From a virus (taxonomy: Duplodnaviria; Heunggongvirae; Uroviricota; Caudoviricetes): a stretch of DNA of 14,203 nucleotides. A model generated the notes under the pieces. The model made no database searches and was not told the DNA's origin. It saw only the letters and a program-made list of their open reading frames with translations. A program made the position numbers and the translations under genes. Shown here one piece after another: positions 1 through 6,105 of the stretch (positions are counted from its first letter, which is position 1; each line of letters opens with the position of its first letter). The stretch lies in IMG/VR virus record IMGVR_UViG_2695420646_000007; one strand, written 5' to 3'.

Positions 1-705
1 CGATGCGCGAATGTCGCGGCGAAATATCTGGGAACAGAGCGGCAATAAGTCGTCATCCCATGTTTTATCCAGGGCGATCAGCAGAGTGTTAATCTCCTGC
101 ATGGTTTCATCGTTAACCGGAGTGATGTCGCGTTCCGGCTGACGTTCTGCAGTGTATGCGGTATTTTCGACAATGCGCTCGGCTTCATCCTTGTCATAGA
201 TACCAGCAAATCCGAAGGCGAGACGGGCACACTGAATCATGGCTTTATGCCGTAACATCCGTTTGGGATGCGACTGCCACGGCCCCGTGATTTCTCTGCC
301 TTCGCGAGTTTTGAATGGTTCGCGGCGGCATTCATCCATCCATTCGGTAACGCAGATCGGATGATTACGGTCCTTGCGGTAAATCCGGCATGTACAGGAT
401 TCATTGTCCTGCTCAAAGTCCATGCCATCAAAATGCTGGTTTTCATTGATGATGCGGGACCAGCCATCAACGCCCACCACCGGAACGATGCCGTTCTGCT
501 TATCAGGGAAGGCGTAAATTTCTTTCGTCCACGGATTAAGGCCGTACTGGTTGGCGACGATCAACAATGCGATGAACTGCGCATCGCTGGCATCGCCTTT
601 AAATGCCGTCTGGCGAAGAGTGGTGATCAGTTCCTGTGGGTCGACAGAATCCATGCCGACACGTTCAGCCAGCTTCCCAGCCAGCGTTGCGAGTGCTGTA
701 CTCAT
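1..705 (-). CDS. bet: Bet (Red-beta) single-strand annealing recombinase; partial, C-terminal end lies beyond the window start
   Basis: Reverse-strand translation from ATG at 705..703 gives MSTALATLAGKLAERVGMDSVDPQELITTLRQTAFKGDASDAQF...IYDKDEAERIVENTAYTAERQPERDITPVNDETMQEINTLLIALDKTWDDDLLPLCSQIFRRDIRAS, which I recognise from memory as essentially lambda Bet. About 235 of about 261 codons are in the window. Not in the ORF track because it runs off the edge. Confidence 0.9.
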   Translation of the reverse strand, partial: MSTALATLAGKLAERVGMDSVDPQELITTLRQTAFKGDASDAQFIALLIVANQYGLNPWTKEIYAFPDKQNGIVPVVGVDGWSRIINENQHFDGMDFEQDNESCTCRIYRKDRNHPICVTEWMDECRREPFKTREGREITGPWQSHPKRMLRHKAMIQCARLAFGFAGIYDKDEAERIVENTAYTAERQPERDITPVNDETMQEINTLLIALDKTWDDDLLPLCSQIFRRDIRAS

Positions 706-710
706 CCGTT

Positions 711-1007
711 TTATACCTCTGAATCAATATCAACCTGGTGGTGAGCAATGGTTTCAACCATGTACCGGATGTGTTCTGCCATGCGCTCCTGAAACTCAAC
801 ATCGTCATCAAACGCACGGATAATGGCTTTTTTGCTGGCCCCGTGGCGTTGCAAATGATCGATGCATAGCGATTCAAACAGGTGCTGGGGCAGGCCTTTT
901 TCCATGTCGTCTGCCAGTTCTGCCTCTTTCTCTTCACGGGCGATCTGCTGGTAGTGACGCGCCCAGCTCTGAGCCTCAAGACGATCCTGAATGTAATAAG
1001 CGTTCAT
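711..1007 (-). CDS. gam: Gam, RecBCD inhibitor; 98 aa, equivalent to the short GamS form
   Basis: ORF track 98 aa [98 protein letters not shown], near-identical to lambda Gam as I recall it. Stop lies 5 bp upstream of the bet start. An in-frame stop at 1062..1064 upstream of the ATG rules out a longer form. Confidence 0.88.
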   Translation of the reverse strand: MNAYYIQDRLEAQSWARHYQQIAREEKEAELADDMEKGLPQHLFESLCIDHLQRHGASKKAIIRAFDDDVEFQERMAEHIRYMVETIAHHQVDIDSEV

Positions 1008-1083
1008 GGCTGAACTCCTGAAAATGGCTGTGAAAATATCGCCCGCGAAATGCCAGGCTGATTAGGAAAACAGGAAAGGGGGG

Positions 1084-1494
1084 TTAGTGATTCAGGCCGT
1101 TACCGCGTCCGTCGAGAAAAACTTCTACGAGCAAATCACGGGTATAAGTGCGCTCGATGCCGCGATGCAGATAAAGCCGTCCGCGTAAATTAGCTGATGC
1201 AGTCCAGGTACCATCTTTGTGTTTGACCAGCATTCCTGGCATGACCGCGCCGCGATTAACGGTCTGTGTTCCGTAATGTTGATGAACCATAAAAACTCCT
1301 GCCCGTAAGCTGGGCTGCTGAACATATAGAGACTTCTGCGCGTATTCAGGCGGTGGATGGCCGCCGGTTGTCATAACTAAGCCGCCTCGTTGAAGCGACT
1401 GAGGTATGAAATGTTGAGTTAATTTCAGCTGGTCACACCGACGTTCACGCGTCCGTTTCACCCCTCGCACTCCCCGAAGCCTGCTGAAATTCAA
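1084..1494 (-). CDS. Early-left operon protein, possibly an N-like antiterminator; start uncertain (TTG at 1494 or GTG at 1461)
   Basis: Only sizeable ORF between gam and the predicted pL, on the correct strand. N-terminal region is arginine-rich (VKRTRERRCDQLKL), reminiscent of the arginine-rich motif of N proteins. The track start is a TTG; a GTG at 1461..1459 preceded by GGGAG would give MKRTRERR... No family match I can assert. Confidence 0.4.
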   Translation of the reverse strand: MNFSRLRGVRGVKRTRERRCDQLKLTQHFIPQSLQRGGLVMTTGGHPPPEYAQKSLYVQQPSLRAGVFMVHQHYGTQTVNRGAVMPGMLVKHKDGTWTASANLRGRLYLHRGIERTYTRDLLVEVFLDGRGNGLNH

Positions 1495-1567
1495 ACTGCG
1501 GATCTAAGCGGTCATCGCAACGGTGAATCAGGTGGTTGCCGTATCGTTGTGTTGTTGCGATATGGTG

Positions 1568-1596
1568 ATAATAGCTATTGCTATTGGTGATATCAA
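1568..1596 (-). promoter_or_regulatory. Candidate pL early-left promoter (TTGATA, 17 bp spacer, TATTAT on the minus strand)
   Basis: Minus-strand read: TTGATA (plus 1596..1591), 17-nt spacer TCACCAATAGCAATAGC, TATTAT (plus 1573..1568). The spacer contains the repeated operator-like motif. Position and orientation match lambda pL relative to N and the rex slot. Confidence 0.45.
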
Positions 1597-1646
1597 TACT
1601 TATTGCTATTGACTGATGTGTTTTGATATTAAATGTTTGATAGCAA
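1573..1646. promoter_or_regulatory. Candidate OL operator cluster: repeated TTGCTATTG motif
   Basis: TTGCTATTG at 1578..1586 (within a tandem GCTATT GCTATT G) and at 1603..1611; inverted near-copy TGATAGCAA at 1638..1646. The same 9-mer recurs in the cI-cro intergenic region. Confidence 0.45.
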
Positions 1647-1735
1647 AAAGAATTAATTTTGTGACTTGCATCGCATAGCGATAACTGAAGCAGGGATGTG
1701 GTGGTTTTTTGAGCGGTGTGTGATGAGGGGAGGGG

Positions 1736-1764
1736 ACAAAAGAAAACCCGGCACGGTGGCCGGG
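1736..1764 (-). terminator. Intrinsic terminator ending the cI-linked cargo operon
   Basis: GC-rich hairpin CCCGGC-ACGGTG-GCCGGG (1747..1764); on the minus strand it is followed by TTTTCTTTT (complement of 1736..1746). Lies 27 nt past the stop of the 1791..2597 gene. Confidence 0.6.
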
Positions 1765-1790
1765 TTATTAATTAAATTAGTCAGTTTTTT

Positions 1791-2597
1791 CTACTGTAAC
1801 ATAGAGGCAGCATTCAGCATCTTTTCGTAATATGAACGCATGTCTTCTTTGCTATATGCGTTGATAAGATTATCAGCGTGTTTTTCCAGTAGATTTAGCT
1901 GCTGTTTTGCTGACTTTTCTTGTGCTGTCGTTTCAGCGGCAAAAATTACAAATGAATCAATATTTGAATTGTATAATTCGTAGGCTTTAGTAATTGTTAA
2001 AACACTTATCGCAGCTTCACCCATTTGTTTTTTTATATTTTCAGAACGAAAATCTAATGTTTCTGTAAGATGGTATTTGCCATTTTTTAACAAAAAATCT
2101 GCAACTAACCCTTCTTCATTACTAATTGGATAATTAGCTACGATTTTATGTTGGGAAAGATCTTCAAAATACTTACTGAAAATTCCATGTTGTATAAAGG
2201 TGGATTTTAATTCAGAAAAAACCTTTTTTTTCAACTGTTTATGTGGCTGTTTTTGTGGGTTTACTAACCGATTCATTAGATCAGTAACTTTAGCTTCGTA
2301 ATCTTCGTTGGCTTGAAGAGTGAACATGCCAAATGACGATAACGATAATGCTCCCTTAAAAAGACAAGGAAGAAGTTCAGCATTGTTGATTTTTTGTGAC
2401 AAATCAAAAAGCGAGGTCGAAAGATCCTCTAAGTAATCTAAGGTAAGATCTTTGTCAATCGCTTTAAGTTTTGAAACTGAATTGAGCATACGTACGTCTA
2501 TGTCAGAGTCATGGTAAACGATCAAACCAACGTTAATCGTTTCACCTTTCTCTAAGTTCGGTGTAACTCTGATTAAGCTGTATTTGAAAGTTTTCAA
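1791..2597 (-). CDS. Hypothetical 268-aa protein, partner of the HipA-like kinase; N-terminus resembles what I recall of the DUF3037 family
   Basis: ORF track 268 aa. The TTG start overlaps the upstream gene's TGA stop (TTGA), with GGAG 10 nt upstream, indicating translational coupling. AT-rich. N-terminus KYSLIRVTPNLEKGETINVGLIVY. The next in-frame ATG is 36 codons in, so the TTG start is preferred. Confidence 0.65.
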   Translation of the reverse strand: MKTFKYSLIRVTPNLEKGETINVGLIVYHDSDIDVRMLNSVSKLKAIDKDLTLDYLEDLSTSLFDLSQKINNAELLPCLFKGALSLSSFGMFTLQANEDYEAKVTDLMNRLVNPQKQPHKQLKKKVFSELKSTFIQHGIFSKYFEDLSQHKIVANYPISNEEGLVADFLLKNGKYHLTETLDFRSENIKKQMGEAAISVLTITKAYELYNSNIDSFVIFAAETTAQEKSAKQQLNLLEKHADNLINAYSKEDMRSYYEKMLNAASMLQ

Positions 2598-3442
2598 GAT
2601 GTTATCTCCAGTCTTATGGCATTTAGCCTATCGATTCGCTCCTCGCTGTCCCACCACTTCAAAAAATACTCCTTATGCATTGGTGGCATCCATGCTTCAG
2701 GCATAGAGTTAAGTATATCAGATATAGCCTCAACTCCAATTTTTTCAATTTTGTCAAGGACAGATAATGCGCACTTTCTCAGATCATCAGTGTCGCCAAT
2801 GAATTGTTTAGCAATCGTCCAGTTTGTTGTTGTACTGGAGTCTGTTGGTAGTATATGAGGGGTATTTCGTGGCCAGCCTATAACAAAAGAGCTTAGACTA
2901 AAATCGAATGTTTTAACTATAACATTGCCTCGGGTGTTTTCCATGTATAAGTAGTTGTTGAGGTGTCTGTCAATGTTATATACAAACTGATCAAATGCAT
3001 AAATTGCCCAGAGTTGCTTCTTTAAGGATTCAGAAGCATTTGAGAGCAAATTTATCCATTGAGGACTATTGAGACCAGATTTCCAGGCTGAAAACTCTAT
3101 GCGAGAGCCAAAAACATACTCCCCATTAGCAATACACTTGAGAATTTTGCACACAGGTGTAGCGATGCCGCATTTTTCAGCTAAATTTGTGCAAAACCAT
3201 TCCGCTGCCGGTACTTGAGTTGGGTTTTGTACAGGAAAAGGTGGGGTGGAGCGCATGCTTTTAACTGCATATTCCATTTCATCAGTGGCAATAGCGAAAC
3301 CAGAAAGGTGTGCTGTGCCTAAGCTTGAAGGTGTATATTCATGAAATTCTAATTCAAACAAACTTCCTTGCTCTGGTTTCACTTCATCAGTGTTTGACTC
3401 TTGTTCTTTCGTCATCAACTTTTTTCCCCAAATCGAAGACAT
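2594..3442 (-). CDS. Atypical HipA-family (PI3/4-kinase-like fold) Ser/Thr kinase-like protein, 282 aa
   Basis: ORF track 282 aa; ATG at 3442 preceded by AAGAGG. Contains FVYNIDRHLNNYLYM followed 13 residues later by VKTFDFSLS, matching the HipA-type catalytic loop (N-x-D-x-H-x-x-N) and Mg-binding [FY]-D-[FL]-x-S pattern as I recall them. No recognisable HipA N-terminal domain or glycine-rich Q-x-K loop. AT-rich, immediately downstream of cI on the same strand. Confidence 0.7.
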   Translation of the reverse strand: MSSIWGKKLMTKEQESNTDEVKPEQGSLFELEFHEYTPSSLGTAHLSGFAIATDEMEYAVKSMRSTPPFPVQNPTQVPAAEWFCTNLAEKCGIATPVCKILKCIANGEYVFGSRIEFSAWKSGLNSPQWINLLSNASESLKKQLWAIYAFDQFVYNIDRHLNNYLYMENTRGNVIVKTFDFSLSSFVIGWPRNTPHILPTDSSTTTNWTIAKQFIGDTDDLRKCALSVLDKIEKIGVEAISDILNSMPEAWMPPMHKEYFLKWWDSEERIDRLNAIRLEITS

Positions 3443-3488
3443 GCGGACCTCTTAAATTTGAACAACATCATAATGATTAGCTAATCCG

Positions 3489-4181
3489 CTACCCATGCTT
3501 CCTATACGTCTGCGGCATGCTCCCAATAACCTTACCGAAGATGAACACCCGGTTCATCTCGTCTTTCTCGATCGGGTCCCACGGTGAGTAGCTCTTGTTA
3601 TCAGAGATAACCAGCAGCTTATCCTTCATCATTTGCAGACGCTTTACATGGGCTGTGTCGTCGTACAGAAACGCATAGATACCATCACCGTCGAAAGATT
3701 TAACCGTGATATCAACGAACAGCAGATCACCTGGTTCGATCGTTCCTGACATGCTGTCACCACGCACGTTAATGATGCGGATATTTTCCGCCTTCCTGCC
3801 ATCGAACATGTGACGAGCATCGTCAAACGAGTACTCAACCGAGCGTAGAACTTCTACAAACTCACGGTTGATTACACCCGGCCCGGCACTGACTTCTATA
3901 TCAAGAACGTCAATTTTGAAGTATTTGGAATGGCTGACAGCAGGCTTCCCTGATTGTTGACCGTCATTTCTCATCGGGCCTATGCCTGATGAGAGCCATT
4001 CTGTTCGAACACCCAATGCATTAGCTATTTCAACAATTTTTGTTGAGCCGCGCGCGTTGCCGCTTGTCAGTCTCCAGATTGTGGGTTGAGCTACGCCAGA
4101 CGCCTTTGCAAGAGCGCCTTGAGACATTCCAGATTGTTCCATCGCTAGGTTTAAGCGATCAGCAAGAGTTTCTTTTTTCAT
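3489..4181 (-). CDS. cI: CI-like prophage repressor (N-terminal HTH_XRE, C-terminal S24/LexA-like autopeptidase)
   Basis: Translation from ATG at 4181..4179: MKKETLADRLNLAMEQSGMSQGALAKASGVAQPTIWRL... (HTH), a possible Ala-Gly cleavage site in EVSAGPGV, and RGDSMSGTIEPGDLLFVD...VKRLQ (Ser/Lys dyad context). The track's 4217 start is a TTG 36 nt upstream; the ATG is preferred. Divergent from cro. Confidence 0.85.
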   Translation of the reverse strand: MKKETLADRLNLAMEQSGMSQGALAKASGVAQPTIWRLTSGNARGSTKIVEIANALGVRTEWLSSGIGPMRNDGQQSGKPAVSHSKYFKIDVLDIEVSAGPGVINREFVEVLRSVEYSFDDARHMFDGRKAENIRIINVRGDSMSGTIEPGDLLFVDITVKSFDGDGIYAFLYDDTAHVKRLQMMKDKLLVISDNKSYSPWDPIEKDEMNRVFIFGKVIGSMPQTYRKHG

Positions 4182-4188
4182 AAGTTTT

Positions 4189-4217
4189 AATTTATACGCT
4201 TGCGTATTGATGGTCAA
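4189..4217 (-). promoter_or_regulatory. Candidate pRM (maintenance promoter) giving a near-leaderless cI mRNA
   Basis: Minus-strand read: TTGACC (plus 4217..4212), 17-nt spacer, TAAATT (plus 4194..4189), ending 8 nt before the cI ATG. Overlaps the palindrome ATACGC-TT-GCGTAT (4194..4207). Confidence 0.35.
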
Positions 4218-4225
4218 AACACGTT

Positions 4226-4283
4226 TTGCTATTGCTTGGATTAATACGCATTGCTATTATTCATTCATTGCAATACCAATAGG
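4226..4283. promoter_or_regulatory. Candidate OR operator cluster: TTGCTATTG motif copies plus palindromic ATTGCAAT
   Basis: TTGCTATTG at 4226..4234, TTGCTATTA at 4251..4259, and CATTGCAATACCAATAGG at 4266..4283 containing the palindrome ATTGCAAT. Same motif as in the pL region, as expected for operators bound by one repressor. Confidence 0.45.
4232..4260 (+). promoter_or_regulatory. Candidate pR early-right promoter (TTGCTT, 17 bp spacer, TATTAT)
   Basis: TTGCTT at 4232..4237, 17-bp spacer, TATTAT at 4255..4260, 31 nt upstream of the cro ATG. The -10 hexamer is embedded in an operator motif copy, mirroring the pL arrangement. Confidence 0.45.
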
Positions 4284-4291
4284 AATTGATA

Positions 4292-4519
4292 ATGACAAAT
4301 CAAACCATTCAACTCGCAATCAGTATTACAGGTAGTCAAAAACGACTGGCAGATCTATGCGGTGTAGCCCAACCCACTGTTTGGCGTTGGCTACACGGTG
4401 GCGGAATTGATGCCCGCTATGTAATGAAAATTGTCTCAGCCACTGGTGGAAAGATTAAACCAGCAGATATTCGTCCCGACCTCGCACCATTGTTTAACGC
4501 GAGTAATTCTGCCGCCTAA
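4292..4519 (+). CDS. cro: Cro-like HTH repressor
   Basis: ATG at 4292 with AGGAA 7 nt upstream; MTNQTIQLAISITGSQKRLADLCGVAQPTVWRWLHGG... has a Cro/CI-type helix-turn-helix. Divergent from cI across a 110-bp operator region. The track's 4286 start is a TTG. Confidence 0.8.
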   Translation: MTNQTIQLAISITGSQKRLADLCGVAQPTVWRWLHGGGIDARYVMKIVSATGGKIKPADIRPDLAPLFNASNSAA

Positions 4520-4527
4520 ACTGCGGC
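4511..4527 (+). promoter_or_regulatory. BoxB-like stem-loop (candidate nutR element) overlapping the cro stop codon
   Basis: GCCGC-CTAAACT-GCGGC: 5-bp GC-rich stem with a 7-nt A-rich loop and no following U-tract, so it is not a terminator. Sits immediately downstream of cro, where lambdoid nutR lies. I could not identify a boxA. Confidence 0.3.
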
Positions 4528-4543
4528 GTTAACTGATAAGGCA

Positions 4544-5089
4544 ATGACTATGCAACCACTTACATACCAACAGACTAGCGGATTTATCCCGACTGCGGTG
4601 ATAAATCGTTCTCAAATAAAACAGGTGCCAGGCCACGAAAAAATCCGTGATGCCATCCGCGCCTGGTCGGCTGTAGATAATCAGGATGTCGTTGCCGCAC
4701 TCATTGTGAATGAGTATCGAGCACAGGGCGGCGGCACTATCGATTTTTCTGATGATGTCAGTCGTGCACGCCAGAAGCTGTTCCGCTTTCTCGATAACAA
4801 ATTCGATTCTGAAAAATACCGAAATAACGTGCGTGAACTGACTCCAGCAATTCTGGCAGTACTACCGCTGAAATATCGCGGCCACCTGGTTGAGCAGGAT
4901 AGCTTCATGGCTCGGCTGGCTGAAATGGAAAAGGAACTCAGTGAGGCAAAACAGGCTGTCATTCTCAACGCACCACGCCACCAGAAACTGAAGGAGATGA
5001 GTGAAGGCATTGTGTCGATGTTTCGTGTGGACCCGGATTTGGCTGGTCCACTGATGGCGATGGTCACCACCATGCTGGGGGCAATATGA
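4544..5089 (+). CDS. YdaT-like (DUF1019) protein in the cII position
   Basis: 181 aa; ATG preceded by TAAGG. Motifs NEYRAQGGG and LTPAILAVLPLKYRGHL resemble what I recall of Rac-prophage YdaT family proteins, which follow cro-like genes. The family call is from memory and unverified. Confidence 0.55.
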   Translation: MTMQPLTYQQTSGFIPTAVINRSQIKQVPGHEKIRDAIRAWSAVDNQDVVAALIVNEYRAQGGGTIDFSDDVSRARQKLFRFLDNKFDSEKYRNNVRELTPAILAVLPLKYRGHLVEQDSFMARLAEMEKELSEAKQAVILNAPRHQKLKEMSEGIVSMFRVDPDLAGPLMAMVTTMLGAI

Positions 5090-5175
5090 CAGGTTCAGAA
5101 ATGGCGAAAGCCGGTCTGCGCGAACAGAACCGACTTTCAGGTGCAAATCGTAACACACTCATTGCGGGAGGAATT

Positions 5176-6105
5176 ATGGCAAACACTGCTGAGATATTCA
5201 ATTTTCCAGTGCCGGATGTGGCACAAAAGGAGCCGCGCGTGGCAGATCTCGATGATGGTTATACGCGCATTGCAAATGAGTTGCTGGAAGCTGTGATGCT
5301 GGCCGGATTAACACAGCACCAGCTTCTGGTCTTCCTGGCTGTCATGCGCAAAACATATGGCTTTAATAAAAAACTGGATTGGGTGAGCAACGAGCAACTT
5401 TCCGAATTGACCGGGATATTGCCGCACAAGTGTTCTGCTGCAAAAAGCGTTCTGGTAAAGCGTGGGATTCTTATTCAGAGCGGGCGGAATATCGGCATTA
5501 ATAATGTGGTCAGTGAATGGTCAACATTACCCGAATCAGGTAAGAAAAATAAAGTTTACCTGAAAGAGGTAAATTTACCTGAATCAGGTAAGAAAAGTTT
5601 ACCCAAATCAGGTAAAGGCGTTTACCCGAATCAGGTAAACACAAAAGACAAACTAACAAAAGACAATATAAAACCTTTTTCGTCCGAGAATTCTGGCGAA
5701 TCCTCTGACCAACCAGAAAACGATCTTCCTGTGGAGAAACCAGATGCTGCAATTCAGAGCGGCAGCAGGTGGGGGACAGCAGAAGACCTGACCGCCGCAG
5801 AGTGGATGTTTGACATGGTGAAGACCATCGCGCCATCAGCCAGAAAACCGAATTTTGCAGGGTGGGCTAACGATATCCGCCTGATGCGTGAACGTGACGG
5901 ACGTAACCACCGCGACATGTGCATGCTGTTCCGCTGGGCATGCCAGGACAACTTTTGGTCTGGTAACGTGCTGAGCCCGGCCAAACTTCGCGACAAGTGG
6001 ACCCAACTCGAAATCAACCGTAACAAACAACAGGCTGGCGTGACAGCCGGAAAACCAAAACTCGACCTGACAAACACAGACTGGATTTACGGGGTGGATC
6101 TATGA
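5176..6105 (+). CDS. O: Replication initiator O; C-terminal half lambda-type, N-terminal origin-binding half divergent
   Basis: ATG at 5176 with GGGAGG 5 nt upstream gives MANTAEIFNFPVPDVAQKEPRVADLDDGY... The C-terminal YSSENSGESSDQPENDL...NTDWIYGVDL is near-identical to lambda O as I recall it. The ORF track offers an alternative upstream ATG at 5086 overlapping the previous stop. Iterons lie inside the gene. Confidence 0.85.
   Translation: MANTAEIFNFPVPDVAQKEPRVADLDDGYTRIANELLEAVMLAGLTQHQLLVFLAVMRKTYGFNKKLDWVSNEQLSELTGILPHKCSAAKSVLVKRGILIQSGRNIGINNVVSEWSTLPESGKKNKVYLKEVNLPESGKKSLPKSGKGVYPNQVNTKDKLTKDNIKPFSSENSGESSDQPENDLPVEKPDAAIQSGSRWGTAEDLTAAEWMFDMVKTIAPSARKPNFAGWANDIRLMRERDGRNHRDMCMLFRWACQDNFWSGNVLSPAKLRDKWTQLEINRNKQQAGVTAGKPKLDLTNTDWIYGVDL
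5527..5639. repeat. Replication origin iterons: five copies of a roughly 19-bp element TTTACC(C/T)GAATCAGGTAAA, followed by an AT-rich tract
   Basis: Copies at 5527..5544, 5555..5573 (degenerate), 5574..5592, 5598..5616 and 5621..5639; each is internally palindromic (TTTACC...GGTAAA). AT-rich stretch 5640..5685 follows. Same architecture as ori-lambda inside O, but a different iteron sequence. Confidence 0.75.

Noticed and set aside
237-979. ORF-track frames 237..470(-), 268..744(+), 551..823(+) and 665..979(-)
   Set aside because: They overlap bet and gam in other frames or on the opposite strand. The bet and gam frames are clearly recognisable, so these are shadow ORFs.
1125-1325. 66-aa minus-strand ORF nested in the 1084..1494 frame
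   Set aside because: Alternative frame of the same region with Cys/Trp-rich, non-protein-like composition; the longer frame is preferred.
2616-2858. 80-aa plus-strand ORF
   Set aside because: Antisense to the HipA-like kinase gene in AT-rich DNA; no RBS and no recognisable features.
3644-3838. 64-aa minus-strand ORF inside cI
   Set aside because: Out-of-frame overlap with the well-supported cI-like gene.
4681-5158. Minus-strand ORFs 4681..5073 and 4862..5158; also a possible oop-like antisense RNA terminator between the YdaT-like gene and O
   Set aside because: The ORFs are antisense to the YdaT-like gene with an odd composition (Ser/Arg-rich). I looked for an oop-type hairpin plus U-tract on the minus strand around 5090..5175 and found only an imperfect stem with no U-tract.
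5527-5639. Possibility that the short direct repeats are a CRISPR array
   Set aside because: The repeats are about 19 bp with about 4-bp gaps, are internally palindromic, lie inside the O coding frame and are followed by an AT-rich tract. That is iteron/origin architecture, not repeat-spacer architecture.
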